Assembly (NCBI GenBank): GCA_951406725.2
Contig: OX597820.1
Span: forward strand, 125,612,001 to 125,676,000
DNA length: 64,000 bases
Origin: Octopus vulgaris
Taxonomy: Eukaryota
Reading direction: 5' to 3'
Shown piece after piece: positions 1 through 12,315 of this stretch. Both the position numbers and the translations under genes were made by a program. The notes under the pieces were generated by a model, which saw nothing but the letters and a program-made list of their open reading frames with translations, did no database searches and was not told where the DNA came from. How positions within the stretch are numbered: the stretch's first letter is position 1; each line of letters begins with the position of its first letter.

Positions 1-157
1 AGAATTGCTACCACCTAAATACAATTTCTGCGGAGGTCTATTTGTCATTCATTCTTTCGAGTCGACATATTATATGCCCATAGAGTACTGGGGTCGAATC
101 GACTTATCTCCTCACCTAAAATTGCTGGCCTTGTGCCAATATTTGAAACTATTATTA
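1..157 (+). mobile_element. Decayed 3' part of Nin-domain-type tRNA SINE (tail variant B)
   Basis: tttgtcattcattctttcgagtcgac...ctggggtcgaatcgact matches the body of the SINE at 9118. The tail aattgctggccttgtgccaatatttgaaac+(att) matches the copy at 21114. Confidence 0.7.
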
Positions 158-291
158 CGTTGAGTGGGAAACATTTTTCTTTGAATAATTGCGATGAGTG
201 TCAATGTGCTGAATTAAAAAACACAAAAAGTATTGAAAGATGACAAACAATCGGCCCACCGACGGCTATCGAGTTGGCTAGCTAAATTTCT

Positions 292-335
<44 letters not shown>

Positions 336-1569
336 AAGGTCCGTTTCTGCATGCATATATAACTACATAGGAGTGCAGTGGAAAATATTCACAAGAGCAA
401 TGTGACACTACTGTAGTTGGAGTAGGAAAGGAGATGCAAAAGTGCTCAGCCTCATTTTAACGCAGAAATATACTAAATGACTAACACAAGGAAAAAGCAA
501 GTAGAAATTATATCTTTAGAGTACAAGTTAAACGCAACTAAAGCTCGAAGAAGAAGTTCAGTCAAATGGAAACATATAAGTTATAAATGAAGTGTGATAT
601 TTTAGATTATTTTGTCTTTAGATATCCGTACAAAACGTTATAATCATCATGGAATACATTTGATCAGCGTATTTTAGATTTAAAACAACTACAACTATAG
701 CCAAGAGAGAGAAAATTCTTTGTGGAATGTTCCATTCGTATCAACTTGTATACTGATTACTTGAGGTAAGTGATGAAGTACTGAATGGTATAAATCGCTC
801 GGCAAGTGATAGGTAAAAGTTGAGGAGATTCATTTGTTAAAATCAGAAAAAGATATATTTTCATATTCAGGAAAACAATGAGTCTTTCTCTATAACATCT
901 CAGAGAAGAAATTTTGATTAGGTGCTATACCTGAAAGGTTTTCAATTTGCATAACTACAATCAGCGTATCAATGTAAAGAAATTGGGCAATTGCACACAC
1001 TTTGATAATTCAGGTAGTTCCTTATATTTTGAATCATGTATATAAAGAAAGCTAAACACAAGGAAATTTCTATTGTTAAGCAGTGCAATAACAGAAAAAA
1101 AATATAGCGGCTAACATTAACAAACATCAATACGAAATGCGATGAAATTACGATTAATTTAAGGTTGAATTCAATTTTCATGCGTAAGGAGAAAACATCA
1201 TGTCTCCTGATGAAAACAGATTGATTGCAAAAGAATATTTATGTAACTTTAGAACTGATGAACAGAACATGAGTTAACAAGGTTTTCTAAGATAAGTGGA
1301 AATTGATATTTACAAAGAGAATAATAGAGCGAATAGTTTCGCAAGCGTAATTTCAATAATTAGAAGAATAAGTTTGACAACAGCATACAAGTAGAGGGGG
1401 GCAGTTAACATGTTGTGGACCTTAATATAATTTATATGATTCATATAACTTATACGGGCCACTCTATGCTTCATTCAGATGGATAAATATATAGGTGCAT
1501 TTATATACAATTTTTTTATGTGTGTGTGTGTTCATACATTTGCTACTAAAGAGTGAGAGCAAGATATAT

Positions 1570-1613
1570 ATTGATACATACATACATAAATACATACATG
1601 CATACATACATAC

Positions 1614-1652
<39 letters not shown>

Positions 1653-1686
1653 AAGAAAGAGAGAGATGTATATATACACACATATA

Positions 1687-1721
<35 letters not shown>

Positions 1722-1960
1722 TTGTATGTATTCTCAATAATTGTTGAGATATTTCTTCCTCAACAAGAAAGCGTTTGTAGACTTATAACACACAAATAAA
1801 CGTTTAACCCCCGCTGCAATTTTGAACACTCATTCTCACTATTCGATATTAGCATACATACATACATACATGCATACATACATAGATACATACATACATA
1901 CATACATACATACATACATACATACATACATACATACATACATACATACATACATACGTA
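1570..1960. repeat. Compound microsatellite cluster (CATA/TA/GA/TATG)
   Basis: Directly visible tandem 2-4 nt repeats. Confidence 0.95.
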
Positions 1961-2064
1961 TATTTATATGTGTGTGTAGGTATGTATGTATATATGTACG
2001 TATTTATGTATTATATATTATAATTGCTGTGCACCGTGTATGTATACTGACATCGCTCCTTTAC

Positions 2065-2652
2065 GCATGTGAGAAATGGACCATTTACAAACGTCATTGT
2101 AAATGTTCTTGAACGCTACCATCAGAGACTGTTGACTGGACGTTAAAAGCACCAGACACATTGGTGTCGAGGAAACCTAGTATCTTGAGAATTGAGGCGA
2201 TTGTGCACAAGCACCTGTTATGTTGAATTTGACACCTTATTAGATTGAAGAATAGTATGATCACAAAACAGATGCTATATGGGGAACTTGTTAGTGGAAA
2301 GGGGACTCCGGCAGAAACGAAGGCTGCGATTTAAGGAGTGTGTTAAGTCATTAAAGACCTGTTATATGCGGGAAACCGACTGGAAGAGCAATACCTGTCA
2401 TCACAGGTTAAGGAGGATGTTGACACCTTTGAAAATGCACGTATTCTTCATGAAGATTTTAAGCGTGCTACTCTCGTTAGCGCAGTGCTAGCGTAGTGAA
2501 TGGGGAAAGCTTGGTTTTCAAATGTTTGCAGTCGTGTATGATTGTCGAGAACCACCAACAGAGCCGCAAATGCAAAATATAAGTTAGTTCTAAAGCGCAC
2601 AATGTTCCTAAAGGTCAGCAATGGTCTTCCATGGCCACGAGTGGACGGCCAT
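2065..2652 (+). mobile_element. RTE-clade LINE, decayed 3' end of ORF
   Basis: Frameshifted translation RLKNSMITKQMLYGELVSGK..RLRFKECVKSLK..W resembles the RTE C-terminal 'LYGEL..GKR..G..KLRFKD' motif. Confidence 0.7.
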
Positions 2653-3707
2653 CTTGTACATATATTTATATAGATTATTATTGAAGTGCGAGAATGAGTG
2701 CCGAACACTGCATTCGGTGCGAAACGTTGTTTATTCGTGGGTTAACAAGATACCAAGGTTTTCATTAAGAGGAAGAAATATCTCAACAATTATTAAGCAA
2801 TATGGGGTCAAACGTTGTTAGGAAAAACATATGTGTATGTGTGTGTGTTTGTGTGTGTGTACGTGCGTGTGTGTGTGTACATGTGTTGCTCTTAAAACCT
2901 AATAAACGTCCAGTATATATACTGCTAGAAATAGTTCACGAATGTCTTTTACTGTTATGCTCATCTCCCTTTTTCATTAAGTTAATCATGAACGGAAACT
3001 CTTTTTAAAAACAGATACACATGCTTCGGTAATTCAGGGTCAACACCATGCATAAAAACTAATGTATCATCATCTCGGTTTGAATATAAAAGTAAAATCA
3101 AATCTTACTGCCATTCAAGTTAAAATATTCGTCGTAGAGAAAGACAGGAGAAGCTATGTATACAACTGTTGCAAGTTATATACGTTCCATAGAAAATATA
3201 AAGAAACTTAAATTTTATAAGATTAAGGAAATCTTCAGTAAAATTTCACGTACAAAATATGTATTTTCCTTTTCCTTTCTCTACCACTGTACGAATGTAT
3301 TAGCTACTGAGGATAAACGAGTAAGCACAGACTCAGTATCATAGAGAATAGCAGGAGAAGTAAAACTGTACAATGGATGACTGTAGAAATAGTTACAACT
3401 TATATGTAAACTCTGATATCTAAACCCATAATTTGAATAGAGGTGAGGAAACGTTATTTTGTTACTCAAAGAAAAACAAAATAAATTACCTTCGAATACT
3501 TCGAAATTAGTTACGTATTAACCGTATTCCTCTCTGTATTAAGCGCATTCGTCATTGATATATTGTCAATGAATATTGGAGCTGTAGATTGCACAAAACC
3601 TGAAAATAATATAATTTTGTAACGCTTTACTTCAAAATTTTATCTTATTGAAAAGGAGAAAAGATTTATATCTACTTTAATTGCCTTATCTATCTACAAA
3701 TCAGTTG

Positions 3708-3742
<35 letters not shown>

Positions 3743-4394
3743 AATATATATATGTGTGTGTGTGTGTGTGCGGGCGTGTGTGTGTGTGTGTGATATTCGC
3801 GGTAGGGATTAAGATACTTCTGACTCATAATTGAAGTATACTGTATGTGTCTTGAGACTATAATTCTATCTATACGAAGAAGACATCTATTCCATTTATA
3901 TTGCTTATGTATGATTCATACAATTGGTACACCGGAGACCAATATTCACATCTGTGGATAGGATCATCAAATTTCACACATAGAATATACGTTTATAGTA
4001 CTTAGAATTATAATTTAAAATTAAGGTAGATGTTACATTAATTTCGATGCTTCTAATGAAATGGATATTTGCCCAAATGCCTTTAGCATCTTGCAGTCTT
4101 CACTACTCGAATTCAAATTGTGTCTATCTTTTACATGTTAACATAATTTATGTAAAGGTAAAATGTGATCGGAGCTATCTCTTCAAATGGTTATGGATTG
4201 GTGACATCTTTTCTGGGGATGGGGTTTTACGAATGATTTTATCATTACAAAATCACCACCGAATGATGAAACTAGAAAGCACGGCAAACTAGAGCAGCGA
4301 TGAGACATCAACTGAGTAAGCTCAAATATAATGGTTTAAAATAGACACTTGGTGCTTTTACTCGCATAGATTATAAAGACATCTATGTACCTAT

Positions 4395-4530
4395 ACCTGT
4401 GGGGTAAGAAATTGCTTCCACACCACATGGTTCCAGGTCCATTCCCACTGCATACCACCTTTAGAAAGTATCTTCTATTATAGCCTCGGGTCGATAAAAG
4501 CCTTGTGAGTAGATTTGGTCGACGGAAACC
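4395..4530 (+). mobile_element. CORE-type tRNA SINE, 5' half, interrupted by mariner
   Basis: Homologous to the 5' half of the copies at 50415 and 53505 (ccacatggttcc...tatagcctcggg...gacggaaac). Confidence 0.75.
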
Positions 4531-4541
4531 TCTTGGATGTA

Positions 4542-5418
4542 TACGCGGTCTGATCAAGAATTATCCGCATTGTTGCCGTAGTAACAACCCTAAAGCACAC
4601 AGAGTGAAGCCACTTGGAACAGATTCACCACGGACTCTGATGTGCAAATGAATTAAGTTTTAACGTTTTAGCTCGCTTCTCTTTCTACAGCAGTGTATGG
4701 TAAGAAGGTGTGTAACATGTGATCGTCGCATTGACCATATCGAAGAAAGGTGTCATGGCGATACATACGCAGATGCCAGGGCAAAGTTGCAGAAAGAGTA
4801 TAGAGATGAGTGCATGAGCCACACACAAGTGAACAACTGATTCAGATGTTTCCAAGATGGCAGAAAAATGTCAATATTGAATAACCTTGAGGCAGACCCG
4901 GAAACATCAGAGCTTAGGAAAAACAACGCAAATGTGCGCGCAACCTTGTGGGAAAATCGTTAAAACCCCCATCCGTGAGTTATAAGAGGATGTGCAGATT
5001 AGTTTCGGTTCAGTTCAGTCCATTATCATTGAATTTGTTGTATGAGATGACTTTCTGCCAGATTTGTGTCAAAAGAGCTTTCAGCTGACCGAAAAGACAC
5101 TCGGGATTCAGTTGCACAAGATCCCCTTCATTATGTCGTGAACGATGGAAACATTTTGAAAACTTTGCATAGGTCTATGAACAGGTATCACCAAGCTTTT
5201 GTCAAAATTTGATGCAGATGCTCTGCTCAAATTCCTCTGTTATGTTCAATGCAACGATCACACGCTATACACTTTCCATCCGAGGACTACGGTAAACAGC
5301 GGAAGTAAGCGCATGCACAGAAGGTTTCAAGTTCAATCAATGCCAAGCAGCTTTACTCTGCGTGTTTTAGCTTTGTTACAAGGACAACAGTCAGGATACT
5401 TATTGAACAGACCACGTA
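4542..5418 (+). mobile_element. Internally deleted mariner DNA transposon
   Basis: About 70 bp imperfect TIRs (tacgcggtctgatcaag... / ...ttgaacagaccacgta) with TA on both sides. Decayed N-terminal HTH transposase remnants (ECMSHTQV..FRCFQDG, ISFGSVQSII, ARFVSKELS). Confidence 0.85.
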
Positions 5419-8400
5419 TATATATATATGTATATATGTACAATTAGAGTTTATGTAGCCTCATGAAGGGATGGTGTCATCCAAAGTAATACTGGATCAA
5501 TACCTAATATTTGGGGGGAATAGATTTCTTTAAAATAATAGGTATAGATGTATAAAATTAGCATATATTTATATAAAAGAAGAACAAGAAAATGAATATT
5601 GGGAGGTTAATAATTGTTTATTATTAATATCAAATCAAACATCCTCACTTAGAGCTGTTTCAATTAAAGCTCATGGAATTAATTGAATATTAAATTCATA
5701 TGTCCTGAGCATAAAATCTTCAGAGGGGAAAAAACAATGAATTCTTCCACAGACTAAGATGGCGAGCTTTGTACTTTGATGATAAACAAGATACACAAAA
5801 TTTAGCTGTCAATAGAGAAATGGAGAACATATCTAGAATCTTGAAAACCAAGAAAATCCCGCAAACTAACCACCAACTTGATGCATTTGAGCAAGAAATT
5901 TGGACCATCATCAAAAATACTTAATTTATCAAAAACCCACTTAGAAGAAATACATACCAGAGGAAACTGCGTGACCTAAAAACCAAAGATGGAATTATTG
6001 CGCCTTCTGATAAAACTGATAATGAACAATACCTTAGCATAGATACATATCATGGCCTACTAAAAATGAAATCGCAAAAATATACAAAATATTTCACAAA
6101 AATATACTTAAAACAATTAATTTAGATACAAAAAGGGCAATTCTGAATATCGCGTCTGAATTATTCGTACAGATCAGACATCGGATAACACTGAAAGACC
6201 ATAAATATAACCTCGGTAATAATTCTAGATCAATATATCCATACTTATAAAGATCTATCACTCAAAATGCGGTTAGCTGGTTCATTAAAATTCCAAGTAA
6301 GGGCAAACATAAATTCTTAAAAATAGACATTGGCAACTATTATTTTTCTATCGATCTTATCGTATTAAATAGTGCCATTCTTTTTGCAAAGAAACATATT
6401 AACTTTAGCAGAAACGAAATTAATGGTATCCCATAATCAATTATGACAATAAAGTTTGGACAAGAAAGGATACTCTGAATTGCTTTCATATCACAATTGG
6501 TGACGCAGACTCTGCCCAATTGACTGGTTTTGTTGGAATTTATCTTTTGTTCGACCTCCATGATGAATTTCCGGAAATGAGCGGTGGGTTATACAGGGAT
6601 GATGCACTTTTCATCATAAAAAATGCATACGATACCAAATTAGTATTACTTACGAAAAGATTTTACAAATTTTTGAAAAGGCAATGTCTTTCTATCTCTA
6701 TTAAAAAGGATAATCGATTCACTTCTTAGACGTTAATTTCAATCTAACAACCAGATTGCATGAACCTTTTCAAAAATCTAATTCTAATTTAAGCTACATT
6801 AACTTCCAAAGTGATCATCCAAGATCAATTAAATATGCACTAGCTTCCAACATTGGTAACAGACTAACCTATTTATCTTGTAACGAGGAAGTATTTAATA
6901 GACACGTGGATTACTACAACACAGTCCTAGTAAACGCTAGATATAGGGAAGAAAGGAAATACGATCAACCAAACAACATTAATGACAATAAACATTTGAT
7001 ACCACCATAACTAGTAATATAAGTGGAAATAAAAATATAACCAATAATCCACCTATATATAAATCAGCTATTGATAATGGTAAGAAACCCAAAATTATTC
7101 CAAATCAGCCTTATAATAGCAAATATAATAATATAAGGACTGACAATATTAAATTATCTCATAAACCCAAGATAAATAAAAAGAATAATAAACAATCAGT
7201 TCACAATTATAATGATCTCCTCAATTATATAAACATATTGACATGAATAATAAAATCATTACTCTAATGCCAGCACCACTGCTAATTTATATAATGCTCT
7301 GAATAATTACATTAAACTGAATGCTTATTTAATAACCTCTAACAAATCTAAAAAGGGATTTCAAAATACCTATAACTAATAATCACTATGATAAATCTAA
7401 TAAAATTTGGCTAATTATTCCATATGCAATGGAACTTTAAAATAATATTGTTAAATCTATAATTACGAAAATTTGTAAATATTTTAACATTGATAATAGA
7501 TATATTGAAATAATAAACCACAATAATGTCAGGATTGGTTTTAGATTAACTCCTAAGTTATTTACAATTATATCATCAATTAACAACATGAAATTAAATA
7601 ATTTCTTCACCAATAGAAATACCCATGACAATAAATCTAGAAAATCTCCCAAGCTGAAACTATATATCCCAAACTCTAATAACTCTAATAATAATGGACA
7701 CGTAAATCCTAAAGATGGAACCATAATAACCCATATTAACTCCATTCATATGAATTCTTCTAATAGTTACCCACATAACAACATTTATAAAAATTGTCAC
7801 TGTAAATTTAAAACTAATTGTAAATTGAAGAATCCATATAAGAAAAGAAATATAATCTATCATTGCACAGTTATAGCTCAGGGTAAAAAATATTTTATAT
7901 AGGCTCGAATGAAAATAAAGATTCACATGGCCAACCATTTCCATTCTTTTAAAAATAAGCAGAAAAATCAACTCCACCGGATTAAGTCAATTTATACAGG
8001 AATTAAATGATAACATTGAATTGGAAATCATATGTGATATCTTTGCTTCTGCAACGTCTTATCCAATCAAAGGCAACGAAATGCAATCGTTGCATCATGG
8101 AGGCTTTTTTCCTTTTTCTTACTTCTAGGAATACCCTAATTAACTTAAGAACAGAGAAAAGCATTTCTTGTACCCATGCGGGAAAATATGTATTTTCTAA
8201 ATTTAATTGATTTATAACTTATGCCTCTAACTGAAAAATTCCTATGAACTCTTTAATTCATGAACTATGAACACTAATATAACTCCCTTCTACCAAAACG
8301 TTTACTTAACTACGCTACCAATTATGATTATACCTATATCCATTACACCTAAATTTAGAATTATCAATGCACGCATTAACTCAATTAAATAACAACTTTT

Positions 8401-8642
8401 ATATATTCTTCGTAATATCTTACTAACATTTGAACATAGACATCTGGCAACATTAATAACTGATTGACTGTTGTTTTACATATTTGCCTTACACCGATAA
8501 CCACATTTACACAGTAGTTCTGATTTTGACAAGTGGTCTTATATACACTACATAATGTTAGATCACTTGATATTGTACCTGAAAATGTGTGATGTTGCTA
8601 GCCACCATACTTTTTCTGTAAATCACGCTAATAATACTATCT

Positions 8643-8721
<79 letters not shown>

Positions 8722-8731
8722 ATATATATAT

Positions 8732-8829
<98 letters not shown>

Positions 8830-8990
8830 ATATATATATAGATATAGATATATAGATATATATACTATATATGTATGTATATATATGTATATACCGGTGG
8901 CTACTGTTATGTTTGTGTATGTATGTATGTATGCTGAGATTCCAATGTACATGTGTATGTATATGTGTGTGTACATATATATTTATTATT
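8643..8990. repeat. (TA)n/(CA)n compound microsatellite
   Basis: Directly visible. Confidence 0.95.
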
Positions 8991-9117
8991 TTCATAGGTA
9001 AATTAAGAAACCACAAACTTCCAAAACCGTTAAAACAAATATACTTCACTATAAACATTATAGAATATACATAATGATTCAAAATACCATTAACCAATCG
9101 GTATATATTGACCAAAA

Positions 9118-9348
9118 GGCGGCGAGCTGGCAGAAGCGTTAGCACGCCGGACGAAATGCTTAGCGGTATTTCGTCTGCCGTTACGTTGTGAGTTCAAATT
9201 CCGTCGAGGTCGACTTTGCCTTTCATCCTTTCGGGGTCGATAAATTAAGTACCAGTTACGCACTGAGGTCGATGTAATCGACTTAATACCTATGTCTGTC
9301 CTTGTTTGTCCCCTCTGCGTTTAGCCCCTTGTGGGTAATAAAGAAATA
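9118..9348 (+). mobile_element. Full-length tRNA-derived SINE with Nin-type domain (tail variant A)
   Basis: A-box-like gagctggcagaagcgtt and B-box gagttcaaattcc, then gcctttcatcctttcggggtcgataaattaagtaccag. TSD gtat(a/t)tattgaccaaaa at 9101-9117 and 9349-9365. Confidence 0.92.
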
Positions 9349-9414
9349 GTATTTATTGACCAAAATGGATCTATATTATCTTCTTCTGAGGGGTGATGAG
9401 TAGTGAGTGTAAAC

Positions 9415-9455
<41 letters not shown>

Positions 9456-9551
9456 GATTTATGTACCAATGTGCATATATGCATATATGCGTTGATATGT
9501 GTGCACATGTGGGTGTATATATGTGTATAAGTATTTAAGTGTGATTTGTGC

Positions 9552-9582
<31 letters not shown>

Positions 9583-9870
9583 TGGACGTATCGATGAATG
9601 TATGACTGTGTATATATGCATACATATGTGCGTGTATTTGTGTATGCACGAATTTTCTTAACATTATACCTTATAAAGGTATATTTCATTTTTATCCTAC
9701 TTATATTCAAATATCTCTAATTTATTTACTTGTTACCCTAATTCTCTTTACCTATTCTATCTTATCTCCAACCAACCTGCAAACCCCTCGCCCGAACACT
9801 TAAAAGTCATAAACTGTTTCATTCAGGCTGATATAATGAATCCGTAAACATCCAAGGAATATATTTTTTA

Positions 9871-9952
9871 TCCTTTGAAGATATTATGCTCAGGACATAT
9901 GAATTTGATATTTAATTAATTCACAGAGATTTAACTGAAACAGCCTGTAAGT
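9871..9952 (+). ncRNA. Decayed hammerhead-like motif in Penelope pseudo-LTR (inverted copy at ~5645-5727)
   Basis: Left copy on minus reads CTGAAGA..long stem II (gctca/tgagc)..GAAACAGCTCTA. Right copy reads TTGAAGA..GAAACAGCCTGTA. Merged consensus is CUGAAGA..GAAACAGCUGUA. Confidence 0.5.
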
Positions 9953-10000
9953 GACGATGGTTGATTTAACTTACCAATCTCCATTTCTTTTTCTTCTTGT

Positions 10001-10048
<48 letters not shown>

Positions 10049-10254
10049 GAGAAAAATTTAAATTTTGGACATAGAACTACCAAACACTTCGTATCTACAG
10101 CTCGTGAGATAGCTCGTGAGACTCTATACAAAGACAAAAAAGTTTTACCTTCTACGTCACGGAAGTGAGGAAACGTTCGGAAATCGATATTCAAGTTTTA
10201 ACCTATAAAAACCTTAATGAAGAAGGTTGTATCCCTTGAACCAGAGGATAAAAC

Positions 10255-11260
10255 AACCCTTATAGACCCGAAAAAAGCCTAACTAGCAAACGGGGAGCTC
10301 CAATTTTGCAGTAGGTATCGCTTGAAGTGTACACGTTTAGAGAAAACTTCTTTACGACTCTTTAGTATAGTCCTCAAGAATCTTGGCTCCCTCCGTGATG
10401 CAGATTTTACAACGGCCCCTCCCATTAATAAAAGGGCCTGGCGATCTATTATTCCCCCCCCCCGCCTGATATCACATGGGGTTCCTTGATCTTTGAGGGC
10501 TAAACCATGAGGTTTCCTCATTGTAGCTTCACCAGAGAAGGAGGCCCCTCTTCCTTCTTATGCCATCATTATTATTCCTCAGTATATATACACTCGCCTG
10601 CTCAATTTCAGACTTAGCCGGGTTGATAAGACGATATTTGGGGGTAGAAGCAGAATTCAGCTTGTGGTCTTGTAAAGTGATAAAAACAGTTCTCTTGGCC
10701 AAAATCTCTAATCTGTCTGCTAACTGATATATGTTTGGCCTCTCAGTTAGTGTCAATATAAGTGTGTTGGGATTCGAGTCTGTGTTTTTGTGTAATCATT
10801 TAAAAGCCTATCGTAGGTGTATGTGTCTATCATGTATAAATTCTTAGTCGTATACGAGAAGATTAAGGACCTGTTAGAGTTTCTTATTTTTTGTATATCT
10901 TTACTGATTTTACTTTGAAATGAGGAAAAGGACTTACGGAATTTCAGCTTCAGTTTTATGCCCAGTAGGTCCGCTTCGAAGGCATCGATTTCCTGAATCT
11001 TATGTGGAAATTACCTAAACTTTATACCGTACGTATTGATCTCAAAGGGTGGCGTGCTTTGATCACAGAAAATGCCTTCCATCTCATGCACATTATAAGG
11101 TCTATTATTTTCTCTAGTAAGATTTTCGTGTAGACCTCATTGGAAGGTACTGGGATATTTTGTATCGAATATCCTATATAGAAACGTTCCATGTTATCTT
11201 TGGGGTGGCAATTGATAATATGTAAAAGCGTAGGGATCGTTGTAACTATCAAACGCAGAC
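10255..11260 (-). mobile_element. Naiad-like Penelope element, N-terminal/RT part (inverted)
   Basis: GYSIQNIPVPSNEVYTKILLEKIIDLIMCMRWKAF and VFITLQDHK..PKYRLINPAKSEI. Confidence 0.85.
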
Positions 11261-11329
11261 CATGTAGTGGAATTCGTACGACACTCTGTAACCAGATCGA
11301 AGATAGTCACTAAAACATATATAAGAAAG

Positions 11330-11930
11330 GAAGCACACTTAAAAAGATTACAGTTGTAATTATTACAACAAAAAATAGATGTTAGTTTAGATCTGGGCTC
11401 TGGTATATACAGGCCTTATCACAAGCCAAACGAGAGGATGTCTTATATTAGCACAGCCTCCTATCACCACCTTATAATTTTCAAGAACCTAGGGAAAGGT
11501 GTAAGCAAGAGAATCTCGAATCTATCCTGTAGCCAAGATACCTTCGATGCCGCTGCCCCCTACTTCAATGAATTGATTTAAGGACCGCGTCTTCTACGTG
11601 TCTGGCCCTAACACCCGAAAAAAGAAGCGCCGCAGAAACGTCGTTTGGTTTGCTCCATCCTTCTAGCTCAACGTCAAAACTTGTGTGGAAAAGGATTTTC
11701 TTTAGATTAATAGGCAAACATTTCACACATACACATAGATACAGGCAATTAAGAGGCACAAACTAAGAGTCCCCTTCAGTGGAGCACCTAACATAAAAAA
11801 GTATTTTAATAAGCACCTACGATACAAAGAAGGAGGCAGGTTGTTCTTTCAGGGTATAAAATAACTGTCCAGTAGGAGGCCGATGCCTATATGAAGGAGT
11901 CATCAATGAAGCTACAGTGAGACCTAGACC
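11330..11930 (+). mobile_element. Naiad-like Penelope element, thumb/GIY-YIG part
   Basis: DVSLDLGSGIYRPYHKPNE..YISTASYH..RISNLSCSQDTFDAAAPY and GCSF..NNCPVGGRCLYEGVINEATV. Confidence 0.8.
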
Positions 11931-12087
11931 TACTATCTATATTACCAGCTATGTACAGTAATATTAGCAGATTAACCAGATCTCACGCCAGTACAATCAC
12001 TACAGCCAAAGAAGATGACCAGTCCAGGACCAGTGTCATAGAGGCTGTGATTGACGACCTTAGTCTTATGACCACAAATGATGCGCG

Positions 12088-12315
12088 GATGTGTGTGTTG
12101 CTGTCTGTCTTTGTCCCTCCACATCTTCACTTGTCTGATGTTGCTGTGGATACGTCCCCGTAATTTAACGGTTGGGCTAATAAAATCGTTAGAATATTAA
12201 GTAGGCTCACAAATAGTAAGACTTGACGTCGATTCCTAACAAGAAAACTTTTTAAGGTGGGGCTCCAGCAAGGCCGGAGACAAATGACTGAAAGACGTAA
12301 AAGAAATGAAAGAAT
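12088..12315 (+). mobile_element. CORE-type SINE, decayed 3' half
   Basis: tacgtccccgtaatttaacggtt...gctccagcaaggccg..aaatgactgaaa matches the reverse complement of the 50415 and 53505 copies. Confidence 0.7.

Larger units (their letters stand above)
5575..10003 (+). mobile_element. Penelope-like element (Naiad-like), decayed, with inverted 5' pseudo-LTR; coding remnant ~5750-8210
   Basis: PSDKT, TLKDHK, GLYRDDALF, FLDVNFNL, SDHPRSIK, C-x-C..C..IIYHCTV..YFI/IG (GIY-YIG) and KCNRC are present with many frameshifts. 5632-5727 is the reverse complement of 9871-9967. Confidence 0.85.

Noticed and set aside
1464-2112. ORFs rich in YI/YVCM/HT (also at 8555, 24887, 30200, 56161)
   Set aside because: Translations of microsatellites, not genes.
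5455-5515. ctcatgaag plus hairpin as another hammerhead
   Set aside because: Core mutated and no GAAA. Too degenerate.
7790-8110. Selenocysteine (UGA-for-Cys) coding, reported for some Naiad elements
   Set aside because: The Cys positions I could read use TGT/TGC. The stops look like ordinary decay.
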